Part shown: positions 1 through 11,637 of the stretch, one piece after another
Numbering within the stretch: position 1 is the first letter of the stretch
Layout: the number at the start of each line of letters is the position of its first letter
Assembly: GCA_031409655.1 (NCBI GenBank)
Contig: JANNXQ010000169.1
Span: forward strand, 1 to 32,770
DNA length: 32,770 bases
DNA from: Chthoniobacteraceae bacterium
Lineage (GTDB): Bacteria > Verrucomicrobiota > Verrucomicrobiia > Chthoniobacterales > Chthoniobacteraceae
Direction: 5' to 3'
Position numbers and translations under genes: made by a program
The notes under the pieces: generated by a model
Database searches by the model: none
What the model was told of the DNA's origin: nothing
Seen by the model: only the letters and a program-made list of their open reading frames with translations

Positions 1-2
1 GC

Positions 3-1256
<1,254 letters not shown>

Positions 1257-1266
1257 GATGCCGAGC

Positions 1267-1294
1267 AGGATAGGACCGCGCGCTGCGAGGTCAA
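1267..1294 (-). promoter_or_regulatory. Putative sigma70 promoter for the riboswitch-thiC transcript
   Basis: TTGACC-N16-TATCCT on the minus strand, ending about 10 nt before the aptamer. Confidence 0.55.
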
Positions 1295-2523
1295 GGCTGC
1301 GAAGCGACCTTTGGCGGCGCGGGCGGCGCGGAGGCGAGTTCGAGCAGTGTCCAGCCGGCGGTGCTCAGCTCGCGATCGTGCGGATGCTGGGCGGAAAAGC
1401 GGCGGAGTGCCGCTTCCAGGAAACGCCCTAGGCCAATGGCGCGCACTTCGGCGACGGACTTCGTGCGTGCCGCTTCGTCGGGGGAACGGAAGTGCTCCAC
1501 CGCGATGGCGAGCGCGCGCTCCATCGGCGGGGTGATAACTTCCGCGCGGCCAACCATCACGCGCACCGTCTCGCGTGGTGCAGGCGTAAGTGTGAGCGGG
1601 AGGATCGCGTCCGTCCACGCGCGCGGCAGCACGTAAAGCACGCGCACACCGGACTCGCCGAGCCACGAATCGTCCCACGTCTTCACCATCGCGGCCGCCT
1701 CGGCGGGATACAGTCCCGCGCGCACCAGCGCCGCGCGGAGCTGCGCGGCGAGCGTCTCTCGCGAGCCGGTGGCAGGCAGTTTCGCGCGTAGCGAGTCACC
1801 GGCGGCGAGCGTCTCGATATGTTGAAAGGAGACCGCGCCATTTCGCACTTCGGTCACGAACAAATCCCGCAACTCCGCCGTGCCCGTGTTCTGCACACTC
1901 AGTTCGTTCGCCTCCGGTCCGGACACCGTCACCTTCAGCGGCGCGTTGAAATTCCCGACGCCGCGGTAGAACAGAAACTTCTCCGTCTCCCGCTCCGCGC
2001 CGTCGCCTACGCGCACGAAATCGGCCTCCGTCTCCCGCGCCGCGTAGTAGTGGCTCCCCGATTTCTCCACCGGCATCTTCGTCGCGAGCGCTTCCGTGCG
2101 CGGCACGATCTCCACATTCGCCCAGCGCAGCGCCGGCGCCGTACGGTCGCCCTTCACCGCGGGCGTCTCGCGCGGATACCATTCCGTCACCGTGCCCGAC
2201 GGGAAGCGCACCGCCACATCCACCGTGCGCGGCTCGGCGCTGTAAAAGTAAATCACCGGCGTCTCCATGCGTTGCGTGCAGACGAGCCCGGTTTTCGCCC
2301 CGAAGATCGTCGGTCCCGGCGCGCGCCCCGGAAGCCGGTTGCGATCATAGACGAACTTCGGTAGGTCCGAGACCTTGAGGGGATTCCACGCCATCTGCAC
2401 GCCATCCGCGCCCTGCACGGAGGTGAAGGTGCCCCATTCATGGGCGACATAGCCGAGGTCCGTTGCCGCTGCGAAGTGCAGCGCGAGCAGGCCCGCCCCG
2501 AGAGTGAGCAGCGTTGTTTTCAT
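1291..2523 (-). CDS. Secreted conserved hypothetical protein
   Basis: Signal peptide MKTTLLTLGAGLLALHFAAA. Motif-like blocks HEWGTFT, METPVIYFYS, TEWYP, EKFLFYRG, GLYxxEAxAMxxTW. Start placed at ATG 2523. Confidence 0.85.
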   Translation of the reverse strand: MKTTLLTLGAGLLALHFAAATDLGYVAHEWGTFTSVQGADGVQMAWNPLKVSDLPKFVYDRNRLPGRAPGPTIFGAKTGLVCTQRMETPVIYFYSAEPRTVDVAVRFPSGTVTEWYPRETPAVKGDRTAPALRWANVEIVPRTEALATKMPVEKSGSHYYAARETEADFVRVGDGAERETEKFLFYRGVGNFNAPLKVTVSGPEANELSVQNTGTAELRDLFVTEVRNGAVSFQHIETLAAGDSLRAKLPATGSRETLAAQLRAALVRAGLYPAEAAAMVKTWDDSWLGESGVRVLYVLPRAWTDAILPLTLTPAPRETVRVMVGRAEVITPPMERALAIAVEHFRSPDEAARTKSVAEVRAIGLGRFLEAALRRFSAQHPHDRELSTAGWTLLELASAPPAPPKVASQP

Positions 2524-2592
2524 AGGCGACCAGCATCGCACGTCCGGGGCCGCGAGTTGTCAGCGGCGCGTGCGGGTTCTGTCAGGAAATTG

Positions 2593-4197
2593 TCAGGCGT
2601 CGTGTGCGAGGCAGGCGTTGACGAAGCCGCGGAAGAGCGGGTGTGGGTTGTTCGGCTTGCTCTGGAATTCCGGATGATACTGGCAGGCCATGAACCACGG
2701 GTGATCCTTGAGTTCGATGAGTTCGACGAGTTTCCCATCGGGCGAGGTGCCGGCGATGACAAACCCTTTCGCCTCCATCTGCTCGCGATAGGCGTTGTTG
2801 AATTCGTAGCGGTGGCGGTGCCGCTCGCGGATCTCGGCACGGCCGTACACGGCGCGCGCCTTGGTGCCGTCCTGCAGATGGCAGTCCCAGGTGCCGAGCC
2901 GCATGTTCGCGCCTTTGCCTTTCACTTTCTTCTGCTCGGGCAGGAGATCGATGATGGGATGCACGGCCTTGGCGTTGAATTCGGTGCTGGTGGCTTCGGC
3001 GAGGCCGCAGACGTGGCGGGCGAATTCGATCGTGGCGATCTGCATCCCGAGGCAGAGCCCGAGGTAGGGCACTTTGTTTTCGCGCGCAAATTGGGCGGCG
3101 ACGATCTTGCCTTCGATCCCGCGTTCTCCAAAGCCGCCGGGCACGAGGATGCCGGAGACGCCGTCGAGTTTCGCGCCCGGATTTTTTCCGTCTTCGAGCT
3201 CCGAGGCATCCACCACCTGGATTTCCACGCGGCAATCGGCCGCCGCCGCAGCGTGCGTCATTGATTCGATGATGGATTTGTAGGCGTCCTGATGGTCGGT
3301 GTATTTGCCGACCAGCGCGACCTTCACGTGCTTTTTCGGCTTGATGATCCGGTTCACGAAACGCTTCCACTGCGTCATGTCCGGAGCGGGCACATCGAGG
3401 GCGAGCAGGCGGCAGACGATGTCGTCGAGCTTCTCCGCCTGCAACTGCAGCGGCACCTCGTAGATGGTGTGCTGGACGTCGCGGCACTCGATCACCGCGT
3501 CCAGCGGCACGGAGCAAAACTGCGAGAGCTTTTCGCGGGTCTCGTCGCCGAGGGGGTGTTCGGTGCGGGCGACAAGGATCTGCGGTTGCAGACCGATCTC
3601 GCGGAGCTTGGCGATGGATTGCTGAGAAGGCTTCGTCTTCAGCTCGCCCGCCGCTTTGATGAAAGGCACGAGGGTGACGTGCATGACGATGGCGTTTTGC
3701 GGGCCGGCTTCGTGGATGAATTGCCGGATCGCTTCGAGAAAGGGCAGCCCCTCGATGTCGCCCGTGGTGCCGCCGATTTCCGTGATGACGATGTCGCAAT
3801 CCTTGTCCGCACCGCCGCGAAGGATGCGCGCCTTGATCTCATTTGTGACGTGCGGGATGACCTGCACGGTCTTGCCGAGGTAGTCGCCGCGCCGCTCCGC
3901 TTCGAGCACGGCTTGATAGACTTGGCCGCTGGAAGTGGAGTTGGCGCGCGTGAGCAGGGAGTTGGTGAAGCGCTCGTAATGCCCGAGGTCGAGATCGGTC
4001 TCCGCGCCGTCGTCGAGCACGTACACTTCGCCGTGCTCGAAGGGGTTCATCGTGCCCGGATCGACATTGAGATAAGGGTCAAATTTTTGCAGCACGACCT
4101 TCAGCCCGCGATGCTCGAGCAGCGTGCCGAGCGAAGCCGCCGCGAGCCCTTTGCCGAGTGAGCTGACGACGCCGCCGGTGACGAAAATGTACTTCAT
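2593..4197 (-). CDS. pyrG: CTP synthase
   Basis: [50 protein letters not shown]. Confidence 0.99.
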   Translation of the reverse strand: MKYIFVTGGVVSSLGKGLAAASLGTLLEHRGLKVVLQKFDPYLNVDPGTMNPFEHGEVYVLDDGAETDLDLGHYERFTNSLLTRANSTSSGQVYQAVLEAERRGDYLGKTVQVIPHVTNEIKARILRGGADKDCDIVITEIGGTTGDIEGLPFLEAIRQFIHEAGPQNAIVMHVTLVPFIKAAGELKTKPSQQSIAKLREIGLQPQILVARTEHPLGDETREKLSQFCSVPLDAVIECRDVQHTIYEVPLQLQAEKLDDIVCRLLALDVPAPDMTQWKRFVNRIIKPKKHVKVALVGKYTDHQDAYKSIIESMTHAAAAADCRVEIQVVDASELEDGKNPGAKLDGVSGILVPGGFGERGIEGKIVAAQFARENKVPYLGLCLGMQIATIEFARHVCGLAEATSTEFNAKAVHPIIDLLPEQKKVKGKGANMRLGTWDCHLQDGTKARAVYGRAEIRERHRHRYEFNNAYREQMEAKGFVIAGTSPDGKLVELIELKDHPWFMACQYHPEFQSKPNNPHPLFRGFVNACLAHDA

Positions 4198-4203
4198 GGG
4201 GAA

Positions 4204-4224
4204 AGTTGAGAGTTGAGGATTGAG
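4204..4224. repeat. Heptamer tandem repeat AGTTGAG x2 plus GATTGAG
   Basis: Read directly; sits in the kdsB-pyrG spacer. Confidence 0.55.
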
Positions 4225-4231
4225 TGGCGCA

Positions 4232-4972
4232 TTAAGACGCCAGAAGTTTTTCGGCCGCGCGTGCGTCGGCGGGAGTATCCACGCCGATCGAGCCGGCTTT
4301 GGTCAGCACGACGCGAATCTTCGCACCGTTTTCGAGGGCGCGCAGTTGTTCGAGTTGCTCGACTTGTTCGAGGATACCCGGCTTCCACGTCACGAATTCG
4401 AGGAGGAAGCGCGTGCTGTAACCGTAGATGCCGAGGTGTCGTACGTAGCCGCGGCGTCCCGCCGCGGTCCCATCGCGACCAAAGGGAATGAGCGAGCGCG
4501 AAAAGTAGAGTGCATCCGAGTTCCGATCGAGCACCACCTTCACGAGATTCGGGTTCGTGACGTCGTCGCCCTTCGCAAAGGGATGCGCCGCCGTGATCAT
4601 CGCGATCTTCCGATCCGCCCTCATCACTTCCGCGAGCCGGCTCACGAGCTTTGGATCGATGAGCGGTTCGTCGCCCTGCACATTGATGATGTGCGTGAAA
4701 CCGCGCAGCCGTTTCGCCACTTCCGCACAGCGATCCGTGCCGCTGCGATGCTTCGGTGATGTGAGCGACACCTCTGCCCCAAATGCAAACGCTGCCTCGG
4801 CAATCCGCATTTCATCCGTGGCCACGATGACCTCCGCGATCCCCTTCGCCCGCCGACAGCGTTCCCACACGTGCTGAATCAGCGGTTTGCCCGCGAGGAG
4901 GTGGAGCGGTTTGCCAGGGAACCGCGTCGAAGCCCAGCGGGCGGGGATGACGACGGCGGCGAGTGCTGGCAT
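4232..4972 (-). CDS. kdsB: 3-deoxy-manno-octulosonate cytidylyltransferase
   Basis: [52 protein letters not shown]. Confidence 0.97.
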   Translation of the reverse strand: MPALAAVVIPARWASTRFPGKPLHLLAGKPLIQHVWERCRRAKGIAEVIVATDEMRIAEAAFAFGAEVSLTSPKHRSGTDRCAEVAKRLRGFTHIINVQGDEPLIDPKLVSRLAEVMRADRKIAMITAAHPFAKGDDVTNPNLVKVVLDRNSDALYFSRSLIPFGRDGTAAGRRGYVRHLGIYGYSTRFLLEFVTWKPGILEQVEQLEQLRALENGAKIRVVLTKAGSIGVDTPADARAAEKLLAS

Positions 4973-5022
4973 CTGAAGTTCTTAGGGCCGCGCAATTGTC
5001 GGCGACAACTCAATTCACGAGC

Positions 5023-5146
5023 TCGGTGGATGGTACGCTCCGCCGCGCCATGAGAACTCTGCGCCGAAGGCCATTTTCGAAATAGCCAAGAGAGGCGCTG
5101 GCGCGCAGAGCTTTGGCATGGCGCGGCGGAGCGCGCCATCCACCGA
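5023..5146. repeat. REPIN-like inverted repeat with GTGG-footed arms
   Basis: 5023-5052 TCGGTGGATGGTACGCTCCGCCGCGCCATG is the reverse complement of 5117-5146 at 28/30 positions. Confidence 0.8.
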
Positions 5147-5168
5147 TGGCTTTCGGAACGTGCCGCCG

Positions 5169-5717
5169 TCACCGGAAACCGCTCCGCACTTCCTGGCTCT
5201 CGCGGAGGATGAAACTCGCGGCACTGGCAAAATCTTCCGCGACAAAGACCGCGCGGCTGGCGTCCGCCGTCGCGCCTTTTCCCGTCCGCACGAGGATCGG
5301 TCGCACGCCCGCGCGCAGGCCGGTTTCGAGATCGGCCTCGCGGTCGCCAACCATCCATGAAGGCGCCAGATCGAGGCCGTGGTCGCGGGCGGCTTCCAGC
5401 AACATGCCGGGCTCGGGTTTTCGCCGATCCGTGGCGGTGTCGGGGTGATCGGCGCACATGTAGGTGGCGTCGATCAGGCCGGGGCCGAGCAACTCCAGGA
5501 AGCGTGCCTGCACCGCTTCATAGTCCGCGACGGAAAACATCCCTCGGCCGATGCCGCTTTGATTCGTCACGATCACCGTCGCAAAGCCTCGCGCCTTCAA
5601 AGCCGCGAGCGCTTCGCGGACGCCAGGAAAAACCCGCACTGCTTCCGGATCGCGCACGTAATGCGAGTCCTCCATGAGGGTGCCATCGCGATCGAGGAAG
5701 ATGGCGGGGGTGGGCAT
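5169..5717 (-). CDS. gmhB: HAD-IIIA phosphatase, D-glycero-D-manno-heptose 1,7-bisphosphate phosphatase-like
   Basis: AIFLDRDGTL, IVTNQSGIGRG, RKPEPGML, MVGDREADL. Start placed at MPTPAIF (ATG 5717). Adjacent to kdsB. Confidence 0.82.
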   Translation of the reverse strand: MPTPAIFLDRDGTLMEDSHYVRDPEAVRVFPGVREALAALKARGFATVIVTNQSGIGRGMFSVADYEAVQARFLELLGPGLIDATYMCADHPDTATDRRKPEPGMLLEAARDHGLDLAPSWMVGDREADLETGLRAGVRPILVRTGKGATADASRAVFVAEDFASAASFILRESQEVRSGFR

Positions 5718-5723
5718 GGGGGC

Positions 5724-5762
5724 GAAGGATGAAGGATGAAGGATGAAGGATGAAGGATGAAG
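5724..5762. repeat. Heptamer tandem repeat (GAAGGAT)x5.5
   Basis: Five perfect units plus GAAG, directly upstream of the gmhB start. Confidence 0.95.
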
Positions 5763-5835
5763 AGCGGATCGTCGATTTGTGCAAGTTTTCGCAAAATTCC
5801 GGTTTTGCTTTGCCAATCACCGTCGCGGTCACTAG

Positions 5836-7532
<1,697 letters not shown>

Positions 7533-7555
7533 GAGACGAGGAGCCCCGAGACTCG

Positions 7556-7580
7556 AACGCTTCCACGCGGAAGCGTTTGT
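7556..7580 (+). terminator. Possible terminator hairpin after eno-ftsB
   Basis: AACGCTTCC-ACGC-GGAAGCGTT followed by only a weak T tract. Confidence 0.35.
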
Positions 7581-7642
7581 CAGACTCGTCCGCGTCTGAT
7601 AACGGCTGAAATTTCGCCAGCCCTTCCGCCCGAACACCACTC

Positions 7643-8768
7643 ATGCCCATCGACCTAGCCTCCATCAACACCTCCGAGCTCAGAGCCCGCGTCGGCGAGC
7701 TGCGGAGGTATCTTTGACGCCCCGAAACTTCAGGCGCGTCTAGCCGAGATCGAGGGGCTCATGGCCGAGCCCGATTTCTGGAATAACAAGGAGCGGGCCC
7801 AGCAACGCATGGAGGAAGTCTCCACGCTGCGCGGCAAGGTGCATCCGCTGCTCGAACTCGAGCGCAAGGTCGAGGATCTCGACGTGCTCCTCGAACTCGC
7901 GCGCGACGAGCCCGAGGCCGGAGCCGCGGAAGTGGAAAGGGAACTCGCCGCCACGCACACCGCGCTCGCCGACTTTGAGCTGAAGATGCTGCTCTCCGGG
8001 CCGAATGACCGCTGCAACGCTTTCCTCACCATCAACTCCGGTGCGGGCGGCACCGAGTCCTGCGACTGGGCGGATATGCTCCTGCGCATGTATCAGCGCT
8101 GGATCGAGCGTCACGGTTTCAAAAGCCAGATCGTGGATATCCAGCTCGGCGACGAAGCCGGCATCAAGTCCTGCACCCTGCAAGTCATCGGGGAATTCGC
8201 CTTCGGTTACCTGGCCACCGAACGCGGCGTGCATCGCCTCGTCCGCATCTCGCCCTTCGATTCCAATAAACGCCGCCACACCTCCTTTGCCGGCGTCGAT
8301 GTCGTGCCCGAATTGCCGGAAAGCGCCCCGATCGAAATCAACGAAGCCGACATCGAAGTGGACACCTATCGGAGCGGCGGCAAAGGCGGCCAGAACGTGA
8401 ACAAAGTGGAGACCGCGGTGCGCATCCGCCACCTCCCCAGCGGCCTCGTCGCGGCGTGTCAGAACGAGCGCAGCCAGCAGAAAAACAAAGTCACCGCGAT
8501 GCGGATGTTGCAAGCGAAGCTCCAGCAAATCGAGATCGACAAAGCGGCTGCTGAGATCAACGCCGCCTACGGCGAGAAAACCGATGTCGCCTTTGGCAAC
8601 CAGATCCGCAGCTACGTCTTCCAGCCGTATCAAAAAGTCATCGACCTCCGCACTGGCGTGGAGACGAGTAACATCCAGGCCATGATGGACGGCGACATCG
8701 ACACCTTCATCCACGGCAAACTCCGCGGCCTCAAACGCGCCAAAGGCGTGGTGGACGAGGAGGAGTAG
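7643..8768 (+). CDS. prfB: Peptide chain release factor 2, with programmed +1 frameshift
   Basis: 24 codons from ATG 7643 end in GGAGG-TAT-CTT-TGA-C (TGA 7715-7717). The +1 frame continues with SPF and GGQ motifs to TAG 8768. Confidence 0.98.
7704..7718 (+). promoter_or_regulatory. RF2 autoregulatory frameshift site
   Basis: Internal SD-like GGAGG, 3 nt upstream of CTT TGA C. Confidence 0.95.
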
Positions 8769-8867
8769 CGCAGGCATCCTGCCTGTCGATGGTCAGGCAG
8801 GCATCGCTGCCTGCCCGACGCAGGCTGGAAGCTGCGCCACTGCCACAGGCAGGGATGCCGGTGCTAC
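8765..8867. repeat. REP cluster / REPIN with GTAG feet
   Basis: GTAGCGCAGGCATCCTGCCTG (8765-8785) is inverted to CAGGCAGGGATGCCGGTGCTAC (8846-8867). Two related units lie at 8794-8813 and 8821-8840. Confidence 0.8.
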
Positions 8868-9814
8868 GGGGGTGCGCTGACGAGGCGCTGGATCAAATCC
8901 TCCCAAGTAACGATGCCGAGCGGGGCGCCGTGGGTCTCGATGACGAGGGCCATGGTGGCGCGGCCGGCGCGGAGTTTGCGCAGGGCGCTGTAGGCGGGTT
9001 CGTTGGCGTTCACTTTCACGAGGCGGCGCTGGAAGACTTCGACGGGGCCGTCGCGGCGGCCTTCGATGGCGATGTCGAAGACGTTCACCAAGCCGGTGAT
9101 CGTGCCGTCGGCGGCGAGGACGGGCCAGCGGTCGAATTTCCGCTCGGCACTATGCGCGAGGAGGAATTCGACGGAGGCTTCGCCGGACATGGTCAGGACG
9201 TTTTTCATGGGGACCATGACGTCCTTGGTGAGCAGGTTGCGGAAGTCGATGACGTTGTGGATGAGCTGGCGTTCCTCTTTGCCGAGGGCACCGGTGCGTT
9301 CGCTTTCGATGGTCAGATATTTGAAGTCTTCGCGCGCGACGAAGAGTTTTTGCTGGTTTGCGGGGCGGCGGCCGAAGAACAATTTTGCAACACCCTGGCC
9401 GATGAGATGCACGGGAGTGAGGAGGGCATCGGCGAGGCGAAGGGGTTCAGAGAGTGCGGCGAGGGCGCGATACGGAAAGCGGCGAAAAAGGGACTTGGGG
9501 AGCACTTCCAGACCGAGCAGGTAGATGGGCAGGGCGAGGAGGAGCGAGAGGACGTAGCCGCGGGGACCGAAGTAACGGACGAGTTCGTGCGTGGCGACGG
9601 TGATGGCCGCGATGTTCATGAAATTCGTGACGATGAGGACGGTCACGAGCAGGCGCTCGGGGCGGGCGAGGAGGCGATTGAGCTTGATGGCGGCGCGATC
9701 GCGGAGCTTCACGCGGTGGCGGAGGCGGACGCGGCTCATGGAGAGCAGTCCGGCCTCGATGCCGGAGAAGATGAACGAGATCGCGAGGCAGAAGGCGATG
9801 GCGAGCCAGGTCAT
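8864..9814 (-). CDS. CNNM (DUF21) plus CBS-pair membrane protein
   Basis: FSGIEAGLLS, LLVTVLIVTN, EVLPKS, VMVP, GIVTWEDLI. No C-terminal CorC domain. Confidence 0.9.
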   Translation of the reverse strand: MTWLAIAFCLAISFIFSGIEAGLLSMSRVRLRHRVKLRDRAAIKLNRLLARPERLLVTVLIVTNFMNIAAITVATHELVRYFGPRGYVLSLLLALPIYLLGLEVLPKSLFRRFPYRALAALSEPLRLADALLTPVHLIGQGVAKLFFGRRPANQQKLFVAREDFKYLTIESERTGALGKEERQLIHNVIDFRNLLTKDVMVPMKNVLTMSGEASVEFLLAHSAERKFDRWPVLAADGTITGLVNVFDIAIEGRRDGPVEVFQRRLVKVNANEPAYSALRKLRAGRATMALVIETHGAPLGIVTWEDLIQRLVSAPP

Positions 9815-11073
9815 TCGTCTTCTCCTCCTTTTTCATGTGGGCGGATGATGGCGACTTCTTCGATGCGTTTCCGTGAAATGCGTCGCACCTGCAGCTTCAG
9901 GCCATCGACTTCGAGCGTGGCGCCAGCTTTGGGCAGCGCCCCGAGGCGATTGAAGATGAGGCCGCCGATGGTATCGATGCCCTCGGAGGCGAGACGCGTT
10001 TCGAGGAGTTCATTGATGTCGTCGAGGCGGGCGCTGCCATTCACGAGCAAACGACCGGGGCCGAGTTCCTCGATGTAGAGGGCGCGATCCGCACCGCCAA
10101 CGGCGTCACTGACGATCTCCTCGACGATGTCCGCGAGGGTGACGATTCCCTCCACGCCGCCGTGTTCGTCCACGACGATGGCGAGACCTTGCGGGTGCTT
10201 CAGGAAGCTCCGGAGGAGGGCGATGGCATGCATCGTTTCTGGGACGAAAGACGGCGCGGCCATCTGCTCGGTGTAGTGCGTGGAGGGATCGAGGAGAAAG
10301 GCGCGGACATCGAGCACGCCGAGGATGTCGTCGGGCGTCTCGCCATAGACGGGCACGCGGCGGAAGCGGCGCGCGCGGAGCTTGGGGATCAGCTCTTCGT
10401 TCGTGAGATCATCGGGGATGGAGAAGGCATCGACGCGCGGGGTCATACAGTCCTTGGCGTGTTTGTCGCCGAGCTTGATGATCTCCTGGATCATCTCGCT
10501 CTCGTTTTCCTGGATCGCGCCTTCTTCGGCGCTGAGTTCCACGAGAGTCTCGAGTTCGTCTTCATTGAGCAGATGGCCGGAGCGGAGATGCGTGGGAGTG
10601 ATGGTGTCGGCGATCTTTTCACTAAGCCGCTGGAGGATGCGGGCGAGGGGATCGAGCACGGGCGTGAGCCACTCCATGACGCGGACGCCGATCTTGGCGA
10701 TGCGGTAGGGCTCGGCGAGGGCGGCGAGTTTCGGCACGAGATCGCAGACGACCACGATGAGGCCGAAGATCGCGAGCGCGGCGCCCCAGAAGGGAAGACG
10801 GACGGCTTCCCATTCATGCAGGACGAAAAGGCTGAGGACGATGAGGGGGAGATTTGCGAGGGTGTCGGCGAGGAGGATGGCGCTGAGCAGGCGCCGGGGA
10901 TTCTCCATGAGGCGGGCGAGGGCCTGGGCAAAGCTGGCGCGGCGCTTCTTCAGCCGCTCGATGTGAAAAGGCTGGAGCGAGAAGAGGGAGGTCTCGATCG
11001 CGGAGAAGAGGGCCGAGCTGAGGATCAGCAGGATGAGCGCGGGAACGATGAGGGCAAGCGCGTGGTCGGACAT
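9811..11073 (-). CDS. HlyC/CorC-family protein (CNNM, CBS pair, CorC domain); putative Mg2+/Co2+ transporter
   Basis: FSAIETSLFSL, DLVPK, MTPRVD, VVDEHGGVEGIVTLADIVEEIV, DTIGGLI. ATGA overlap with the downstream paralog. Confidence 0.92.
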   Translation of the reverse strand: MSDHALALIVPALILLILSSALFSAIETSLFSLQPFHIERLKKRRASFAQALARLMENPRRLLSAILLADTLANLPLIVLSLFVLHEWEAVRLPFWGAALAIFGLIVVVCDLVPKLAALAEPYRIAKIGVRVMEWLTPVLDPLARILQRLSEKIADTITPTHLRSGHLLNEDELETLVELSAEEGAIQENESEMIQEIIKLGDKHAKDCMTPRVDAFSIPDDLTNEELIPKLRARRFRRVPVYGETPDDILGVLDVRAFLLDPSTHYTEQMAAPSFVPETMHAIALLRSFLKHPQGLAIVVDEHGGVEGIVTLADIVEEIVSDAVGGADRALYIEELGPGRLLVNGSARLDDINELLETRLASEGIDTIGGLIFNRLGALPKAGATLEVDGLKLQVRRISRKRIEEVAIIRPHEKGGEDE

Positions 11074-11151
11074 CAGGATCAGGGTGCGTCAGGCGGCTCA
11101 GTTTTCAATCGCTGCTTGTCACGCACAGAACGCGGGGAGATTAGTTTCGCG

Positions 11152-11637
11152 CTGAGCACGCGCGCGATAAAAAAAGCTGACCGTGTATCCGCTTTCGTCG
11201 AGTCCCTCGGCGGAGACGCGGAGGGTCGGTTGGCGCCGGAGTATCTGGGCTATTTCACGTGCTTCAATGCGGGGCAGTACTACGAAGCGCATGATGTGCT
11301 CGAGCATCTGTGGTTGCGGACGAAAGGGAGTGATCATCTCTACTTCAAGGGGCTGATCCAGGTGGCCGGGGCCTTTGTGCATCTGCAAAAGCAGCACCTC
11401 CATCCAGCGCATCCGAAACACGCGACGCGGTTGCGTCCGGCGGTGCGGCTCCTGCGGCTGGGCGCGGCGAATCTCGAACCGCACGGAGATGTGCATCTGC
11501 GGCTCGATGTCGCGGCGGTGGTGCGGATGTGCCGCGACCTCGCGGCGGAGATCGTGGCGGCGGACTTTTCGCGCAACCCGTGGGAGCCCGCGCGCGCGCC
11601 GCAGCTCCATTTGGCAGAAGCCGCGCCTGCCTCGTGA
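11152..11637 (+). CDS. DUF309 family protein (start uncertain)
   Basis: FNAGQYYEAHDVLEHLW and KGLIQVAGAFVH. No in-frame ATG; candidate starts are TTG 11116, CTG 11152, ATA 11167 and TTG 11230. Confidence 0.8.
   Translation: MSTRAIKKADRVSAFVESLGGDAEGRLAPEYLGYFTCFNAGQYYEAHDVLEHLWLRTKGSDHLYFKGLIQVAGAFVHLQKQHLHPAHPKHATRLRPAVRLLRLGAANLEPHGDVHLRLDVAAVVRMCRDLAAEIVAADFSRNPWEPARAPQLHLAEAAPAS

Noticed and set aside
5718..5816. N-terminal extension of gmhB (LHPSSFILHPSSF)
   Set aside because: It is the translated heptamer repeat; the HAD domain begins right after ATG 5717.
10162..11151. Long N-terminal extension of the DUF309 ORF (491 aa in the track)
   Set aside because: Most of it lies antisense to the HlyC/CorC gene; only the last roughly 160 codons resemble a protein.
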